This document shows positions 26,001 through 38,919 of a stretch of DNA of 64,000 bases, piece by piece; positions within the stretch are counted from its first letter, which is position 1, and every line of letters starts with the position of its first letter. The DNA comes from Phoronis australis. Its lineage: Eukaryota; Animalia; Phoronida. Under the pieces are notes generated by a model. The model was not told where the DNA came from, searched no databases, and saw only the letters and a list, made by a program, of their open reading frames with translations. The stretch spans positions 103,976 to 167,975 of the forward strand of contig NMRA01000419.1 in the NCBI GenBank assembly GCA_002633005.1. Direction: 5' to 3'. The position numbers were made by a program, and so were the translations under genes.

Positions 26001-29000
26001 AACGGGGTTCTTGTTTGGGTTCTTGACGCGACCAACTTCTAAACGTATGCCAACTGAGTGTAACAGCTTGTCGATCTGAAGCGCACAAAACTCAGGGGCG
26101 GAATCGACCCCGACAATGGCCGACGGTCCATCAAGTGGGAGTAGTTCTGACAGGAGTTGGACTAGAGCGTCTCGGAGCACAGCATGTGTCTCATTGTCAA
26201 TAAGACAAGTGGAAGAATACGATGTAACCGTTTCACGCACAAGAAGAATGAGCTGGTGCGAACGCTTCAAGACATCTGCAGCGAAGCAAATGCCTGGAAC
26301 CTCTAGCGGATCAGTAGTCGATTGTGGGACAAAATCATAGGGAGAGGCTTTCAGGGACACACATACGTGGCATGATTCAGGAACCCGGTCAATGGCTTTA
26401 TCGAGATCTAACGCGTAGAAGTGGCGACTGACAACCAGCTTAAGTTGATGCTTGGAAGGATGGTCAAGCTTGATGTGAATGGCAGTAAGCAACCCTTCAA
26501 GAACAGCCCGGGTCACGACAATCATCTCGGAAGCACCAAACAGGGGTTGGCTTCGACGTACAACAAGTAGACCATCACGGGAGATAGTGGTAACCCTGAG
26601 GTAACGCTTCACGTCTGGTAAGGAAGTGAGCTTCTTAGAAGGGCGAGTGCCCTGTTTCAGATGAGCATGGACACGTCGTAGATCAGGACAATCTAACTGA
26701 GTAGCAATCCAGGTGGAGCGAGTCATGAATGGGAGACGAGTCGATCCTTGCAGGATGTCGTCAACGCAGATATGTCTCACGACAGAATCTACTGTGGCGA
26801 TGATAAACGAACATACTTGGCAACGTTGGTCACTGCAGTCGGGAGCGTTGCGACTCGCGAAGTCTGACGGAATGTTTGCTGAACTAGCTAGGTGTGACAA
26901 ATGAACCTGGTAGCGGCTGACAATAGACAGAAACGATGTTACACAAGGACTAGATGAGAATTCTCCTCTACATAGTTTCTCTACTTCCTGGACACACGGC
27001 TTGCTGTCTGTGGGGAGACAAGTCCGATGCTTCGATTGGATAATGAACGGACTGAAGTGTTTGACGGCAGCAGCTATAGATAGAGCCTCAATCTCGCACG
27101 GGAGCCAAGTGACTTGGTGTTTGCGAAGTTTGGCGCTGTAAAACCCAGCAAGACACAGCTTCTGCCCTCGTGTGACATAGAGCGTTGCCCCTATTCCATG
27201 ACTAGTGACAGACCCATCAGTGACGATCCACAATTGGTCTGAGGGTCGAGGTAACAGGATGCTCTTGTGCGACTTGAGAGACTGTTGGGCGCGATCAAAG
27301 GAATCACGAAGACTGTCATTCCATGGTACCTTGTCCTGGAATTATATGCCTGCTATTGACTCTTCTAACGGTGCAAGAGCTTGAGAACACGCAGGTAAGA
27401 CTTGACCAAGAGCTTTGTAGGCACCAATAAAGGATTGAAAACCACGGACATTATCAGATTTAGGGCAGGACTAGAGTGTAGCTATGCGATGAAGGCTCGC
27501 GAAGATATTGCCATCTGACCAAATCCACCCCAGGACAGTGGTCGGCCTTGGGAATACGACGGTCTTGGTAGGTGAAAGATGGAGATTACACCTGTCCAGG
27601 GCCTGGAGTACACGGGTCCATATTTTAAGGAGATCATCTGGGGTATCGGCGCCGCAATAAAAATCATCAGCCAGTTTAGCGACTTTGCCCTCTTGAAGAA
27701 GGTCTCCAAGGACGCGACACATGAGTTCTTCGAGTGCAGTTTCTGAGCCGGGTATACCCATGGCAGCACGGGTATAGACACGCACCCCTTTAAAGGGAGT
27801 GCAGACGCCACAGTATTTAATAGAAGAACGGTCCAATGGTATCTGGTAGTAGGCACTTGTGAGGTCTGTAACGATGATGTACCTCCAGCATGCGATGGTG
27901 CGAAGTGTGGTATCTACATCGGGCAGAAGGGACGGTTGGGGCTTGCGGTAACGACCAACATCCGCGAAGGCAGTGACTAGACGAAACCCACCGTTTGGCT
28001 TCTTCACTAGAAAAGAAGGATTCAGGTACTCGACGGTGATACCGATGTCCTCCGGTCGACGAAAGATACCTTCCTTCTCAAAATCATCAAACTTGGTTTG
28101 TAACTCCACGAGTTTGTCACGAGAATATTGTGGGACACGTCCCTTTCGCTGGGGTGGTTGGACGGGGCCCATGTTCACCACAGCCTTGAATGGACCGGCA
28201 GACCCACTGTAGCCAGGAACGCAAGGGCTAAACACCTGGTTGTACTCATTCATGACACTGCAAAACAGTTTTCTGATCTCAGGTGACAGTAAACAGTCAG
28301 GGTCTAACATAACAGAGCTCGAATATTGCGTTGTAGGAGATTCTGTGAGAGTACGCGTGGAGCTGGATGGTGGTACACAGTCCGTGACTAGCTGGAAGTT
28401 CGGAGCGGTAGCGCGAACTTGACCAAAGTGGTTTTTACGAGGGATGTTGTATGGTTCCATGGAAGAGTTTACAATCCGAATCTTGCCGCCTACAGACTCA
28501 ACTATAGCAGGCTGAGGCCATGGCTTACTTGAGTGGAAGCCAGTACCAAGCCGTGGCTCGAAGGCAAGGAATCTATCAGGATCAACATCTGGTGGGACGG
28601 TAACCTCCAAAAAATCTCCTGGCCACAAAACTGTGGAGTACCTCGGTGATCGTAACAGATGTGACAGTATGAGGCGGACATGGTGTGGGCTTGTAGCAGG
28701 CTTTGTCCCAGAGCCGTAGGTGATTATGTCAGTCCCTCGGATCGTGATTTGACACTTTGCTGGTCGAACAGCGATATCGTTCGAAGTCATGAATGGGTCC
28801 CAGCCAAAACATCGACGTCCAGATCGTCAACGACGAGCGCCTCGAGGAGCAATTTTTGGTCATTTCGGGAAACCGAGAGGGATGTTTCCCCCACCACGGA
28901 CAACGGTGATTTGCCGTCAGCTTGGAAAGCGCACTGAGAACTGGGTTTGATGGGGGCGTCGATCAACCTTGCGAAGGATGCCTTAATCATATTAGTCTCA

Positions 29001-29300
29001 GCACCTGTGTCAACAGTGAGGATAACAGGATGATGAATGTAAAACACTTTGAAAGTAAGAGACTTGTTCACACGGACACGATGGGATAACACGCGAAAGT
29101 TAGAGCAGTCGTCGTCATCGTCCACATTGGCGTCATCTACACTATGATCTTCTGCACAGGTAAGTTGTCGCGCCTTACTCATGAAAAGACGATCTTGTGG
29201 TGGAAGAAATGGGCATTTGCTGAGAAAATGTTGTGTCTCTGCACGACGAGCTTGCACACACAGGAGGCACGATGATCTGCTGGTTGAGGTCTTTTTGGGT
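25998..29300 (-). pseudogene. pol: protease, RT, RNase H and truncated integrase
   Basis: Protease VDTGA. RT VTDLTSAYYQIPL and KLADD. RNase H VTDGS/CEIEA/TDSKP/SDFASR. Integrase HIKLDH...CHVC, FAADV and VDSAP, ending at NPVA before the catalytic E. Frameshift near 28790, stops at 27471 and ~27343. Confidence 0.9.
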
Positions 29301-30066
29301 GTCTGGAAGTTAGAGCGTTTGGTCTCAAATTTGCTAGTACTGTTGCGTAGTATCTTAGCATCTGCAGTGTTTTTATTTCGTTAAGCAACGAGTCCATAGC
29401 TTGAGAGATCTCTGGTTTTAGCTTGGCTAGGGTACGAGATCGAAGTTCGGTGCCGTAAGGTTGCTTTACTAGGTTAGGGAGATCAGGATGAAGGAGTTTT
29501 AACCATGTGAGAACAACCATGTTCTCTAGTGTGGGGGTCAGCTCTTCATCTACGGTGACTACTTCGTCGTGATGTCGAATGTTACCGTGGGCCTGTAGTA
29601 GACTGTCTTCGACAAATGAGATGAGTCTTTGATGCAGGTCTTCTGGTCGCTCGTCAGCTTCGAGGACGATATTGCTAAAGTCTAAAAAGTGAGCACCGGT
29701 AGACTGTAGGCCGTAATGCAAACGAATGGCTTGCCATATGTTGGCCAGTGATGTGGAGTTCTTCAATATGGTATTGCGATAAATTACTGGACAGTAGTTT
29801 GCCACTTGGCCAAGCAGGAGCTCCAGGTGTTGGCACTTCTGAGCAGCAGTCTTCCTGTGATCTTCAGCTACGACATCGCCGTCGGCGACCAAACCCCGGT
29901 GAGGTGAGGTAGGACTTTTCTTCCTCCATGACACTCCGTCAACTAGGAAGTCAGCAAAATTCTTGTCAAGGGATAGTATGTACAGTAGATTCTGACGCCA
30001 AGCCTCAAAAGTTGTTATTGTGTCGTTCTTGGTTAACGACCATTGTTTAGGCGCTCTCTGCGACAT
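29200..30066 (-). pseudogene. gag, frameshifted near 29350
   Basis: ATG at 30066 ([27 protein letters not shown]...). Zinc knuckle [19 protein letters not shown] lies in the downstream frame. Confidence 0.8.
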
Positions 30067-30207
30067 GTTGAAGGTGCGAATAAAGTGCAAAACAATGTCA
30101 GTTGTCACGGTAAGTGTGTGGACCAGTTGTAGTGTGAACTGGCTCGTACCCCTTTGAAATGGGATAACGTACGTGACGGAGATCGGGCGTAAAGTTCGTT
30201 TATATAA

Positions 30208-30218
30208 CGCTGCCACCA
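30208..30218 (-). promoter_or_regulatory. Primer-binding site, tRNA-Leu type
   Basis: TGGTGGCAGCG immediately follows the 5' LTR and is complementary to the ...CGCTGCCACCA 3' end of tRNA-Leu(AAG)-type tRNAs. Confidence 0.75.
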
Positions 30219-30372
30219 CGCCAGAAGGCAATGCTTATGCAGAACGAACAACTTTGAACGAAACACTAAGGTTTATTGAGAGCTAAATAGAACGAACGAT
30301 ACCAGAGCAAAATAGCAGACGACAGAGAGAGAGAGCGCTGACTTGGGCGAAACGACATCTAGCGGACTGGCG
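30219..30372 (-). repeat. 5' LTR, 154 bp
   Basis: CGCCAG...CTGGCG inverted termini, internal (CT)n and AATAAA on the minus strand. Confidence 0.9.
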
Positions 30373-32463
30373 CTGTCAAACCAAAAAATCCAGTGGCTAA
30401 ACAAAAAGAACAATGTACTTGATTACCATGTGGCTGTACCAACTTAATCCACTGGCTCAGGAACATAATGGATGGCTGGACAAAAAATTTAATCCAGGTA
30501 ATTTTAGATTTTTGCTGTTCACACAGCAGTTCTGCTGCAAACAAAGCTTGCAACAACACACAACCCAATTCTCTACACAGATTATCTAGCTCCTGCTACA
30601 CACCTGCCTGCCTCCAAGGCAGACAGACTAGTTCTCAGGAGGACACGTTCCACCTCCACATCAGCTCCCCTCACCTTTAAGGTTCTCAAATGTCTCGCTA
30701 TATTCACTGTGCATTTCCCAAGAGTTTTCAATTTTTTTCTCGGCAATTTGTAAAAATACCACATTTGATGCAACTGGCAATGCCAGATAAATAGATAAAT
30801 TCGCAAACCTGCCCTTTAGATCAGCCATCATTCAACTAACGCATATTGTACATGTATGCTTTAGTTTGGTATTCAGTGAGTTGGATAAACAAATCTAGCA
30901 TAATTTCATATTTTAGTGGGAACTGCTTGTGTCCTTAAAATTAATTAAAAACATTTAAGCTAACTCATTTAATTGTTGTATTATACTACGGTAATTCGTC
31001 GAAACGGTGCACAACTTCTGACTGGTTTAACAAATACACATACATGTATGTGCGGTCTGAAAATAGTGAAATTCAGACACCAATTACCAAGCCTGACTGA
31101 GGGGCTGACAAAGTTTTCATGCATTAATTTCAAGGGAATAGAGTCCTCTACATGCCCATGTTATTATTTTCAGTTTTCTAGTGGGGGCAGCTTCGTTGTC
31201 AGGGTATAACTTACTGCTGATTTTTCACAAGCATGAAATGTACCTCCACGGAAATAGTTCCAGTGTTACCGTGGTAACCAATATTTTAGTGTCGGTGCCG
31301 TTTTTGCTTACAATGGTCATGAACCTATCATGTGATATCAAAATTTTTCAGAAAAGATTGTTTGAAGCAAAAACTGCAGTAGAAAATGTAGTCAAAAATG
31401 ACTAATTCCACACCAAGAAATTGCCTCATCTTGCCCCCCCCCCCAGAAGACTTCCCTAGTATCTCCTAAAACGCCAATCTCTGTGGTGTCATACTTCACC
31501 CAATTTCTCTCATCTCTCATGTGATTTATTTGGCTAATCATGGTTCTGAATGGCTGACCTCCCACCTTGCCGCTTGTTGGCTGTACTGTGCTCAGTGGAT
31601 CCATGGACTGATACTGAAGACAGACACATTCATTTCCTTCAAACTAAATGCAATGCAACGATATCTAGACCAGAAATGCTCCGCTACACTCGGAGATCAA
31701 ATCATGATGTTTAGTCGGTGGGCCAGAATTTGTAGGGCCTCTAGAAAATGGTTTTTGTGAGTACTTTAGGGGGGGCAATTTTATTTTGGTGTTTTTTAAT
31801 TCATTTATTAGAGTGTTTTCAAAATCTAAAAAGTTCCCACATATAAAGTTGCACAATTTTGAGAAATTTGAGTTTGAAGTTACCTAATAATCATCAAAGA
31901 CTTTAGTAAACTTATATTTGTAAAAACAACAGTTTTGGTGACTTTTTTGTAAAGCAAGTAATATGGTCCCATCAGTGCCATTGTATTGAAAATATTACAC
32001 TCACATTACATGTTTTACTATTGTAGATTAATTGTAGACAGTGAAATTTAAAAAATGTAAAGAGACACCTAGTGGCAAAAATTCAAACTAAGTCTGAATG
32101 TTACTAGGAAGTTATTCTGGCATTGTCTGGCAACAAAAATAACACAAAACACTTGAGACTGGGCAAAATTCGTGCCTCAATGACTAAAACATTGACTAAT
32201 AGTGTAAAATACAACTTGTTTGCATAATACACCAGAAATACCTTATAGTACAAAAACAATATATTTGAATGATCTTTGTGAATGTGCACACAGACTGTAT
32301 GAAAATAATAGATTATTCTGACAGCGTTTATCAAGCAGTATGAGACCAATACATGACAATGATCAAAGTATGTACTTTCTATGACTTAATCAACAAATAA
32401 AATTAAATTTTTAGAACAAAAAAACGAAATAACTGGGTTGGAGGTATATTTAGGGTTGACTTG

Positions 32464-33225
32464 TCAATCCAATGTCATGCAGTCAGTGTTGCTGATGTTA
32501 CTACAGTTGTCACAGCTGCATATTTCTGTACAGTTTGACCCAGCATTGCAGCACAAACTCAGTTTCCCAGCACGCATGTTCTTTTTGCACTTGCAGCGTT
32601 CATGGTTTAGTACTGTCAGTGGAGATGCGGGCATTGCCATACATTTTAACTGCAAAGCTCCACCACCAAGGAGCCAACTATGAAAGGTTAGAGAGGGTAC
32701 AGCACTGCACACTGGTGATTGGCCCGCAGGCAATGAAGGGTCAAACACTAAGTCCTTGCTTGGAAGCGGGCAGGGTTTGGGAAAACGTTTGATTCAAAAT
32801 ATGTTATAATGGGCTGTGTTAATTAGAGTCAGCAAGTGAATTATTGAACACTAGCCTCAATTTACTTGCATATCTCTTAGTCGGGCACAAACTACAACAG
32901 CTTCAACAGTCGTTCTTAAGAATGTCTGTCCAAATAACTTCATGCACACCAGCTTTCTGAAGAACAGCTTCAAAGTTTTGCTTTAGTTTTGAAAGGCAAA
33001 TGACATGTCCATGTGTTAGAAACTTTGATTCAATGAACTCCAAACAAAACTGTAGGAAAACCTCTCTGGAAACTGTGGATTCGTCACTCTTCACAATCGT
33101 CTTTCTATTTTTTAAAGCATGATGATCTGTGGTACTTGGCTTCTAAGACACAGGGTCTTTATCTTTGAATTTCATTTGCATATTCAGGGCTCTGGACTGA
33201 GCTGTTGCTTGCGATACAAGACCAA
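32464..33225 (-). pseudogene. Internally deleted AcademX-like transposase relic
   Basis: N-terminal EAKYHRS..C motif (~33150) and helical segment 32903-33094 abut the C-terminal LHCLRANHQ...W...MPASP...CKCKK...CC.AG..CTEICSCDNCSN Cys-rich finger. The XPG/DDE core is absent. Confidence 0.6.
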
Positions 33226-35147
33226 CTGAAAAAACCCGAACTGTTAACACTAATTTAACATTCAACTATGACTATGTTGGCATGCAACTTTTTCAGACAG
33301 ACTTATCAGGAACTGATCCACCACCAGCCTAACAAATTTACATGCCGTCTGATCTGTCGCCTAAAAATGTTGGTCGTCTAATAATTAGATTAGTTGATGC
33401 AACTGAAAATAAATCAGCTGATATACCAGTGCAATGACTGAAATTTAATTTTTTTTAAATCATATGCTCAAACCATAGTCAATCGATTTACACTTCCTTA
33501 AAAGGAATTCGACGTTTGACGAAATGGACTGTGGCTTCCATCGTCCTCAAATTACGACGGCGACGATGGCCACTTAGGCACTTTAATTTACTTATCATTG
33601 CAGTTACCTAAGTAATTAATGTTTACAAAAAATTGAGAAGAGGTTCCCCCTATCCCAGGACTACAGCAGGGGATGACGGCCACTTGGGCATGTTGTTTGC
33701 AACCATCTACTAAATTTAACCCTCTCAAAAATTTTTGACTTAAAGTGTTTTAAAATCACACCCACAGTATAACGCCATATGAGTATCCCTTAGCGCAAGC
33801 AGTGTCGATGTGGCACCTGAACAATAGAGTGTTCGAAAAACAGGATTGCAGGTGTATTTAATTAAACTGGGAACAAATGAAAACATTAATGACCTCCTCA
33901 GAGGATCTCTCTAAACGGTACTTCTAAACTTATAACAACATGACTTATGGTTTAACCAGTGTGATGTATAATTTGCCAAAAAGCATCCGGCATATGGAGT
34001 ACCTATGGTATGATCACCGTCTCTACTGGGTCAGCGGTATTGTCTAAGGCCTAAGCAGTCAAGGGGCAGAACAAGTTAATAAAACAACTGGTGATAATAC
34101 TGAAACACACATGGAAAACACCAAGATGTACCTTTCAAAAAGACGTACCTGTTTTTCAGCAAATTCGATAAAATTGTCGGTAGTTTGATTTTATTGAAAT
34201 TAAGGCGCACTGTCGATTATTTTATCCCTGTTTGCTGGCTGGTAACAGTGCAGGCACTGCTCCAGTCGCACTGACGGCGTTTTCTCGGCCTGGGTTCCTG
34301 AATGAATTGTACTTCCGGGTTCGCGGCAAGTTCAAAATGGCGGTGGTTCTTCGGGTGCGAATCGTGAGTGGCGCGTTCATTTAAACTTTTTTCGAGTAGG
34401 GATCGTCTATTAGTTATGGGGTAGGTACTTCTTGGATCCTTATAACATCCTCTATCCATGTAATAAGGGTTAACAACGAGTGAGAGAAGGACTTTAAAAG
34501 TTATGCTTGACTAATTTGTAACCATAGTATCAAGTCGTGGTTGACACCAAACGTGAATTGCACAATCGTCACGCCAACAATTGACCTATCGCAAGCTCCG
34601 CCCCTATGCGAAAAGTCACGTGATACCCGACATTCGAACGAGATGTCAGAGGCAAATACACTGTCGCTAAATGACGTTAGTGGTGGAATCGATGAGTGTT
34701 TTTGCACTAGTTGAATACGCGTCGACAGAGACAAGAGGCGATGCTTTTCAACAGTGAATCGTACGTTCATGATATGGGAATTTGTAAAGGTGACGATGAA
34801 AAAATAAGTGCTCGAGGAGCCAGCGAAAATCCGAATAAAAATTCGAATAAAATCAGTGAAGATTTACCGATATTCTGTCGTCTGCTAAATTTCGCCAAAT
34901 GAAAAGTAGGTCACGAGTGGTGGCACTCCTGGAGTAAAGTAGGTCATAGAATACAGACAACACTTGCACTATAGTCTCTGACTAGGTCGACTCGATAGCA
35001 CGGTTTACGCTTTTCTAATCTTGTAACGAAATATTGTGGTAAAAAAATTCATGTTCATAGCTCAGGTACACACTCATCTCGTCCTGACCAAACAGTTAGC
35101 TCCGGTAGGTCTAGGGCTGTGTCTAAGTAAAATTAATGTCTGGAATT

Positions 35148-35476
35148 CAGTGGCGGATCTAGGATACCACAGGGGGGCCAACATATGTTGCCTCGTGGAA
35201 TTGGGCAAAGTGCAATTGATTGTGCACAGGCGGCCCGAAAGCTGCAGGGGTCATGGATGTAGACCGTTGGACCTTCTGTTCAGAAAATCTATCGGTGGAT
35301 CAAAAAAACAGGAACACGATTCCGCCGCGATCTCGGGTCTGAGCCCCCCTCTTCCGCTACCGGTCCTAGTTACTGAACTCAATATTTCGTCACGCTCTTG
35401 CTGTTTCATTTTGCTTGCGGCAGCCAAGAGGGGGGCAGGGGCCCCAGCCCCCCCCTCCCCCCTAAATCCGTCTGTG
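35148..35476 (+). mobile_element. hAT-like MITE with 5-bp TSD
   Basis: Termini CAGTGGCGGATCTAGG / CCTAAATCCGTCTGTG. TSD GAATT at 35143-35147 and 35477-35481. Confidence 0.85.
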
Positions 35477-35633
35477 GAATTGTCCGTTTGCACCATTAGG
35501 ACATTTAAATTAGGCCTACCTTCTTATGAACTTGGCATTTTTTGTAGTTTCATTCCATAAAGGTAGTTTCATTTAATTTTGAAGGTAGCATGATCACTTA
35601 GTCGTCGTATGGTTATAAAAGATTACACGTCTG

Positions 35634-36032
35634 GGCCCGGTCTCCAATCTTTTTACTCGAATTGGAACTCGAAATTAGGTTTGGCATTTTCTACTCTACT
35701 TTTGGGCGAACTCAAGATAATTGTCTATTATTCTATGCTCGAGTGCACAATAACTTACGTAGATAATTTATTGCCCTTAGTACACAGTTTGTAAACCCAA
35801 TATTAAAGCAATAAGTTCTAGTTTGAACTCGAAATTTCGAGTTTTTACTCGAGTTTGTAGCACGAATATAAGGGTCTTCAAGGGCAAACTTGAACTAGAA
35901 ACTCCTATGCATAAACTATAATGTATTCGAGCACAGTCTGATAACCAATTATCGTAAGTTCGCACAAAGGGAGCAGAGAAATTGCCAAAATAGTTCGAGT
36001 TCGCTTCCAGTACAAAGATTAGAGACCCGGCC
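35634..36032. mobile_element. Harbinger/PIF-like MITE
   Basis: TIR GGCCCGGTCTCCAATCTTTTTACT / AGTACAAAGATTAGAGACCCGGCC. Flanks CTG/ATG. Internal AACTCG/CGAGTT inverted motifs. Confidence 0.7.
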
Positions 36033-36609
36033 ATGGTGTGGTAGTTGCAAAAATATGGTATTTACAAAAATAACTCAAACTCTTTTTTAAAGCTTCACAA
36101 ATCTAAATATCATGTTTGACCAACTTCAAAATGAGCTCTCTCTAACTCTACAGACATAGTGTATACTAGAGGTACCCGTCAAAAAGTAATTCAACAGTTC
36201 ATTTTTAGTGACAACAGCTCGACCAAGGCTTTGAGTTTCGGAAGTGATCCAGTGCCCTTCCCTGTGCCGATCGAATCTCTGAATTTTGACCGGGAGAGAA
36301 TTTCAGTTGAACGCCAGCTTACGGTTTATGAATAACAAAAATGTACCTCTGATACGAAACAAAATAATGTCCATTAGGTTGAAATAAATAAAAAACATAA
36401 AACAAAAATGTCCTTGAAAACAACAATTTCCGGGGACTACCGCTAGAGTGCTGAGATCCAGCAGGTGCCCAGACAAAGGCGGCCTGACCTAGCCAACTCG
36501 GGAGTCAAAATCTGAGATAGCCCTACATCACAGCCACCAAGCTGAAAAGTGCGTATCTTGGAACTAATATATTTGTGTTTATAATAGCCTTCGAGTTATC
36601 AAGCAACAT

Positions 36610-36768
36610 CGCTAAGTTCAGCTGCTCGTGTGGCTGTACAGTTTGATCCATAGTTTACGCTTTTCATTTTTTGGCTTGGGACATGCCAAAAAATGACGAA
36701 ATATTATTCTGGATCAGCATAACGGCTGTCGGTGCTACACACGTCATATCAACACCGTTTCCCCCATT
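36610..36768 (-). pseudogene. Frameshifted THAP-domain relic
   Basis: Reconstructs across frameshifts as MGKRC.YDVCSTDSRYADPE...PKPKNEKRKLWIKL..PHEQLN, a THAP N-terminus typical of DNA-transposon genes. Confidence 0.5.
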
Positions 36769-37454
36769 CTTAGCGGACAATTTCTTGAGCTATAAACTAA
36801 AGTAAGTTTTACTCGACTGCGTGTGGTTTGTCGGGTAAAATGGCGGCTTGGAAACGCAGACGAAGGTGTGACAAGAGTGCTGTGTTCTGATTGGTCAGTT
36901 AAGCCGTCCGTCATAATCCTGGCGATAGGTCAATTGAAAGTGAAACAGGTTGTGCATTGTTTCAGTCCTTAGATAGGAATACATGTCACGAACCTTGGAA
37001 ATACCTCGACTCACCTTCAATAAGGACCATACACAATTTTCATGTCCATTCCAAACAATTTTCATCACTAATTACAGCATTTTCCTCAAGCCCTCAAAAC
37101 TTGCGTTCCCACATCAGTCAGAAGCAACTTTTTCTGAATAATCTGGCTTCAGTTTCTTTAAAATGAATAGTTTTACAGACAATTTTGTGCCTTTGCCACT
37201 CCAAAAGCTGATAATTATTGAAAGGACGACAAGTGTTGATGGGTGCTAATAAAGGTCATATGCAATATACCCGCTTTGACTCCCACTTAACTACTATTGT
37301 ATTGAACTTGCATAACCCACGACTTGTCTCTTGACATCTCTTGACTTACATGTAAGACTTAAGCCGAAAATTCGGTCTTACGCTACATATTTTTTCTAAA
37401 AACAATTGAAACTCATTTCAAAAAAGAATAAAGTATCTCCAGATCTGACTATTT

Positions 37455-37814
37455 TTTATTCATATGTATATACGTGTATGTGTGTATGTAGCCGTGTATT
37501 CATGTGTATGTGTGTATATATATATATATATGTATGTATTTATTTATGTATGTATTTATATATGTATGTATGTATGTATGTATTTATGTATGTGTGTGTA
37601 TGTATGTATGTATGTATGTATGTATTTATGTATGTGTGTGTATGTATGTATGTATGTGTGTATGTATGTGTGTTTGTATGTATTTATGTGTGTGTGTATG
37701 TATGTATGTATATATGTATGTATGTATGTATGTATTTATGTATGTATGTGTGTGTATGTATGTATGTATGTATGTATGTATTTATGTATGTATGTGTGTG
37801 TATGTATGTATGTA

Positions 37815-37856
<42 letters not shown>

Positions 37857-37890
37857 CATGAGTGTATATACATATATATGTGTGTGTGTT
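37455..37890. repeat. Compound (TATG)n/(TG)n/(TA)n microsatellite
   Basis: Visible directly. Confidence 0.97.
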
Positions 37891-38114
37891 TTACTTTTAT
37901 TAATTATTTATTGTCTGTTTTTAATTATTTATATTTATATTTATATTTTAGTTAATCATCTTGTCTTATTTTCTTTATCTTCTGTTTATCATATTTTATT
38001 TTTTATTTTGTTTCATCGGTCTTTCCATGTTAATTTCTTATTCTTTATTGATTATTTAAATATTGTCTTTCATTTTGTAATTCTGTTAGTTTGTCTTATT
38101 GTCTGTATGTTTTA

Positions 38115-38205
38115 CTGAGGGCCCCCATGGAAAGCAGTGTGAACTGTTGGGGCTACCCTCACTGTAAATATTACATTAATAACAATAATAATAATAAAAT
38201 AAAAA
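38115..38205 (+). mobile_element. LINE 3' tail related to 13580-13660
   Basis: GAGGGCCCCCATGGAAAGCAGTG...GGGCTACCCTCA...AAATATTACA followed by (AAT)n. Confidence 0.55.
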
Positions 38206-38608
38206 AGTATACCCATTAATGTTACTTTATGAAAAATTGCACAAATTATTTTTAGGCAGTGGTGTGCTCCAAATTACATCATACTAAACCTTTGTTTGAC
38301 AAGTGTGAGCATACCTGCTAAGAACAAATTTCTGTCTTGAAAGTCACGTTTCATGAAACAAACCTCTGTACGTGACTCAAGTTTGCAGGTTTCAAAAGTA
38401 CATTCGAGATTCGTGATTCCCCATTTTTCTCTCAGGCTTAAATAAAGTTTTGAAAACATCAAACAGGCTACAAATAAAATTGCATTGTTGCATATTTTGA
38501 TCAATGAAATTGAGTCTACACTAATTAGCTATACGTCACCTTGAGCGGCAAGGTTAACGATCTAGCATGACTATAGCGCATGCACACGCACTAAGCGCTC
38601 ACATTGAT

Positions 38609-38919
38609 CTACCAGGACATGGTTTCTGCCATGAACATCTTGGCCTGATTTTTTATGCTGTACGGAACATTGTCCATTGAGTTGGTAATTTTCTTGTCCG
38701 CGGTCACTGACTGAACTAGTCCATCTTTGTACGCCCTCCATCGGGAATGGAGTAGGTAAAGCTCAAATGTTCGTTTTTCTGTTTGTATCTGATTTCGAGC
38801 TACATCTCGTAGTGTTTCCATCGTCCGTAGTCGGCCAAAGCGAGCGATGTCACTACGCACGAACTGCAAGCATTTCACCGCCGTCTTGCTCACTATATAG
38901 CACTTGGTTAGATCTTCAC
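38609..38919 (-). CDS. CNBD2-like host gene, terminal coding exon
   Basis: Acceptor CTCTTAG. Reads GEDLTKCYIVSKTAVKCL...SRWRAYKDGLV...ETMSW-stop. Phase 1 matches the upstream exon. Confidence 0.75.

Larger units (their letters stand above)
25724..30372 (-). mobile_element. Gypsy-like LTR retrotransposon with CG...CG termini and 3-bp TSD (Troyka-like)
   Basis: Direct repeats at 25724-~25812 and 30219-30372. Termini CGCCAG...CTGGCG. TSD CTG at 25721-25723 and 30373-30375. Internal order gag-PR-RT-RH-IN. Confidence 0.9.

Noticed and set aside
25693-26088. ORFs spanning the N gap and (GA)n tract
   Set aside because: Artefacts of microsatellite and unknown bases.
37406-38118. Long ORFs rich in M/Y/V/C
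   Set aside because: Translation artefacts of the (TATG)n/(TG)n microsatellite.
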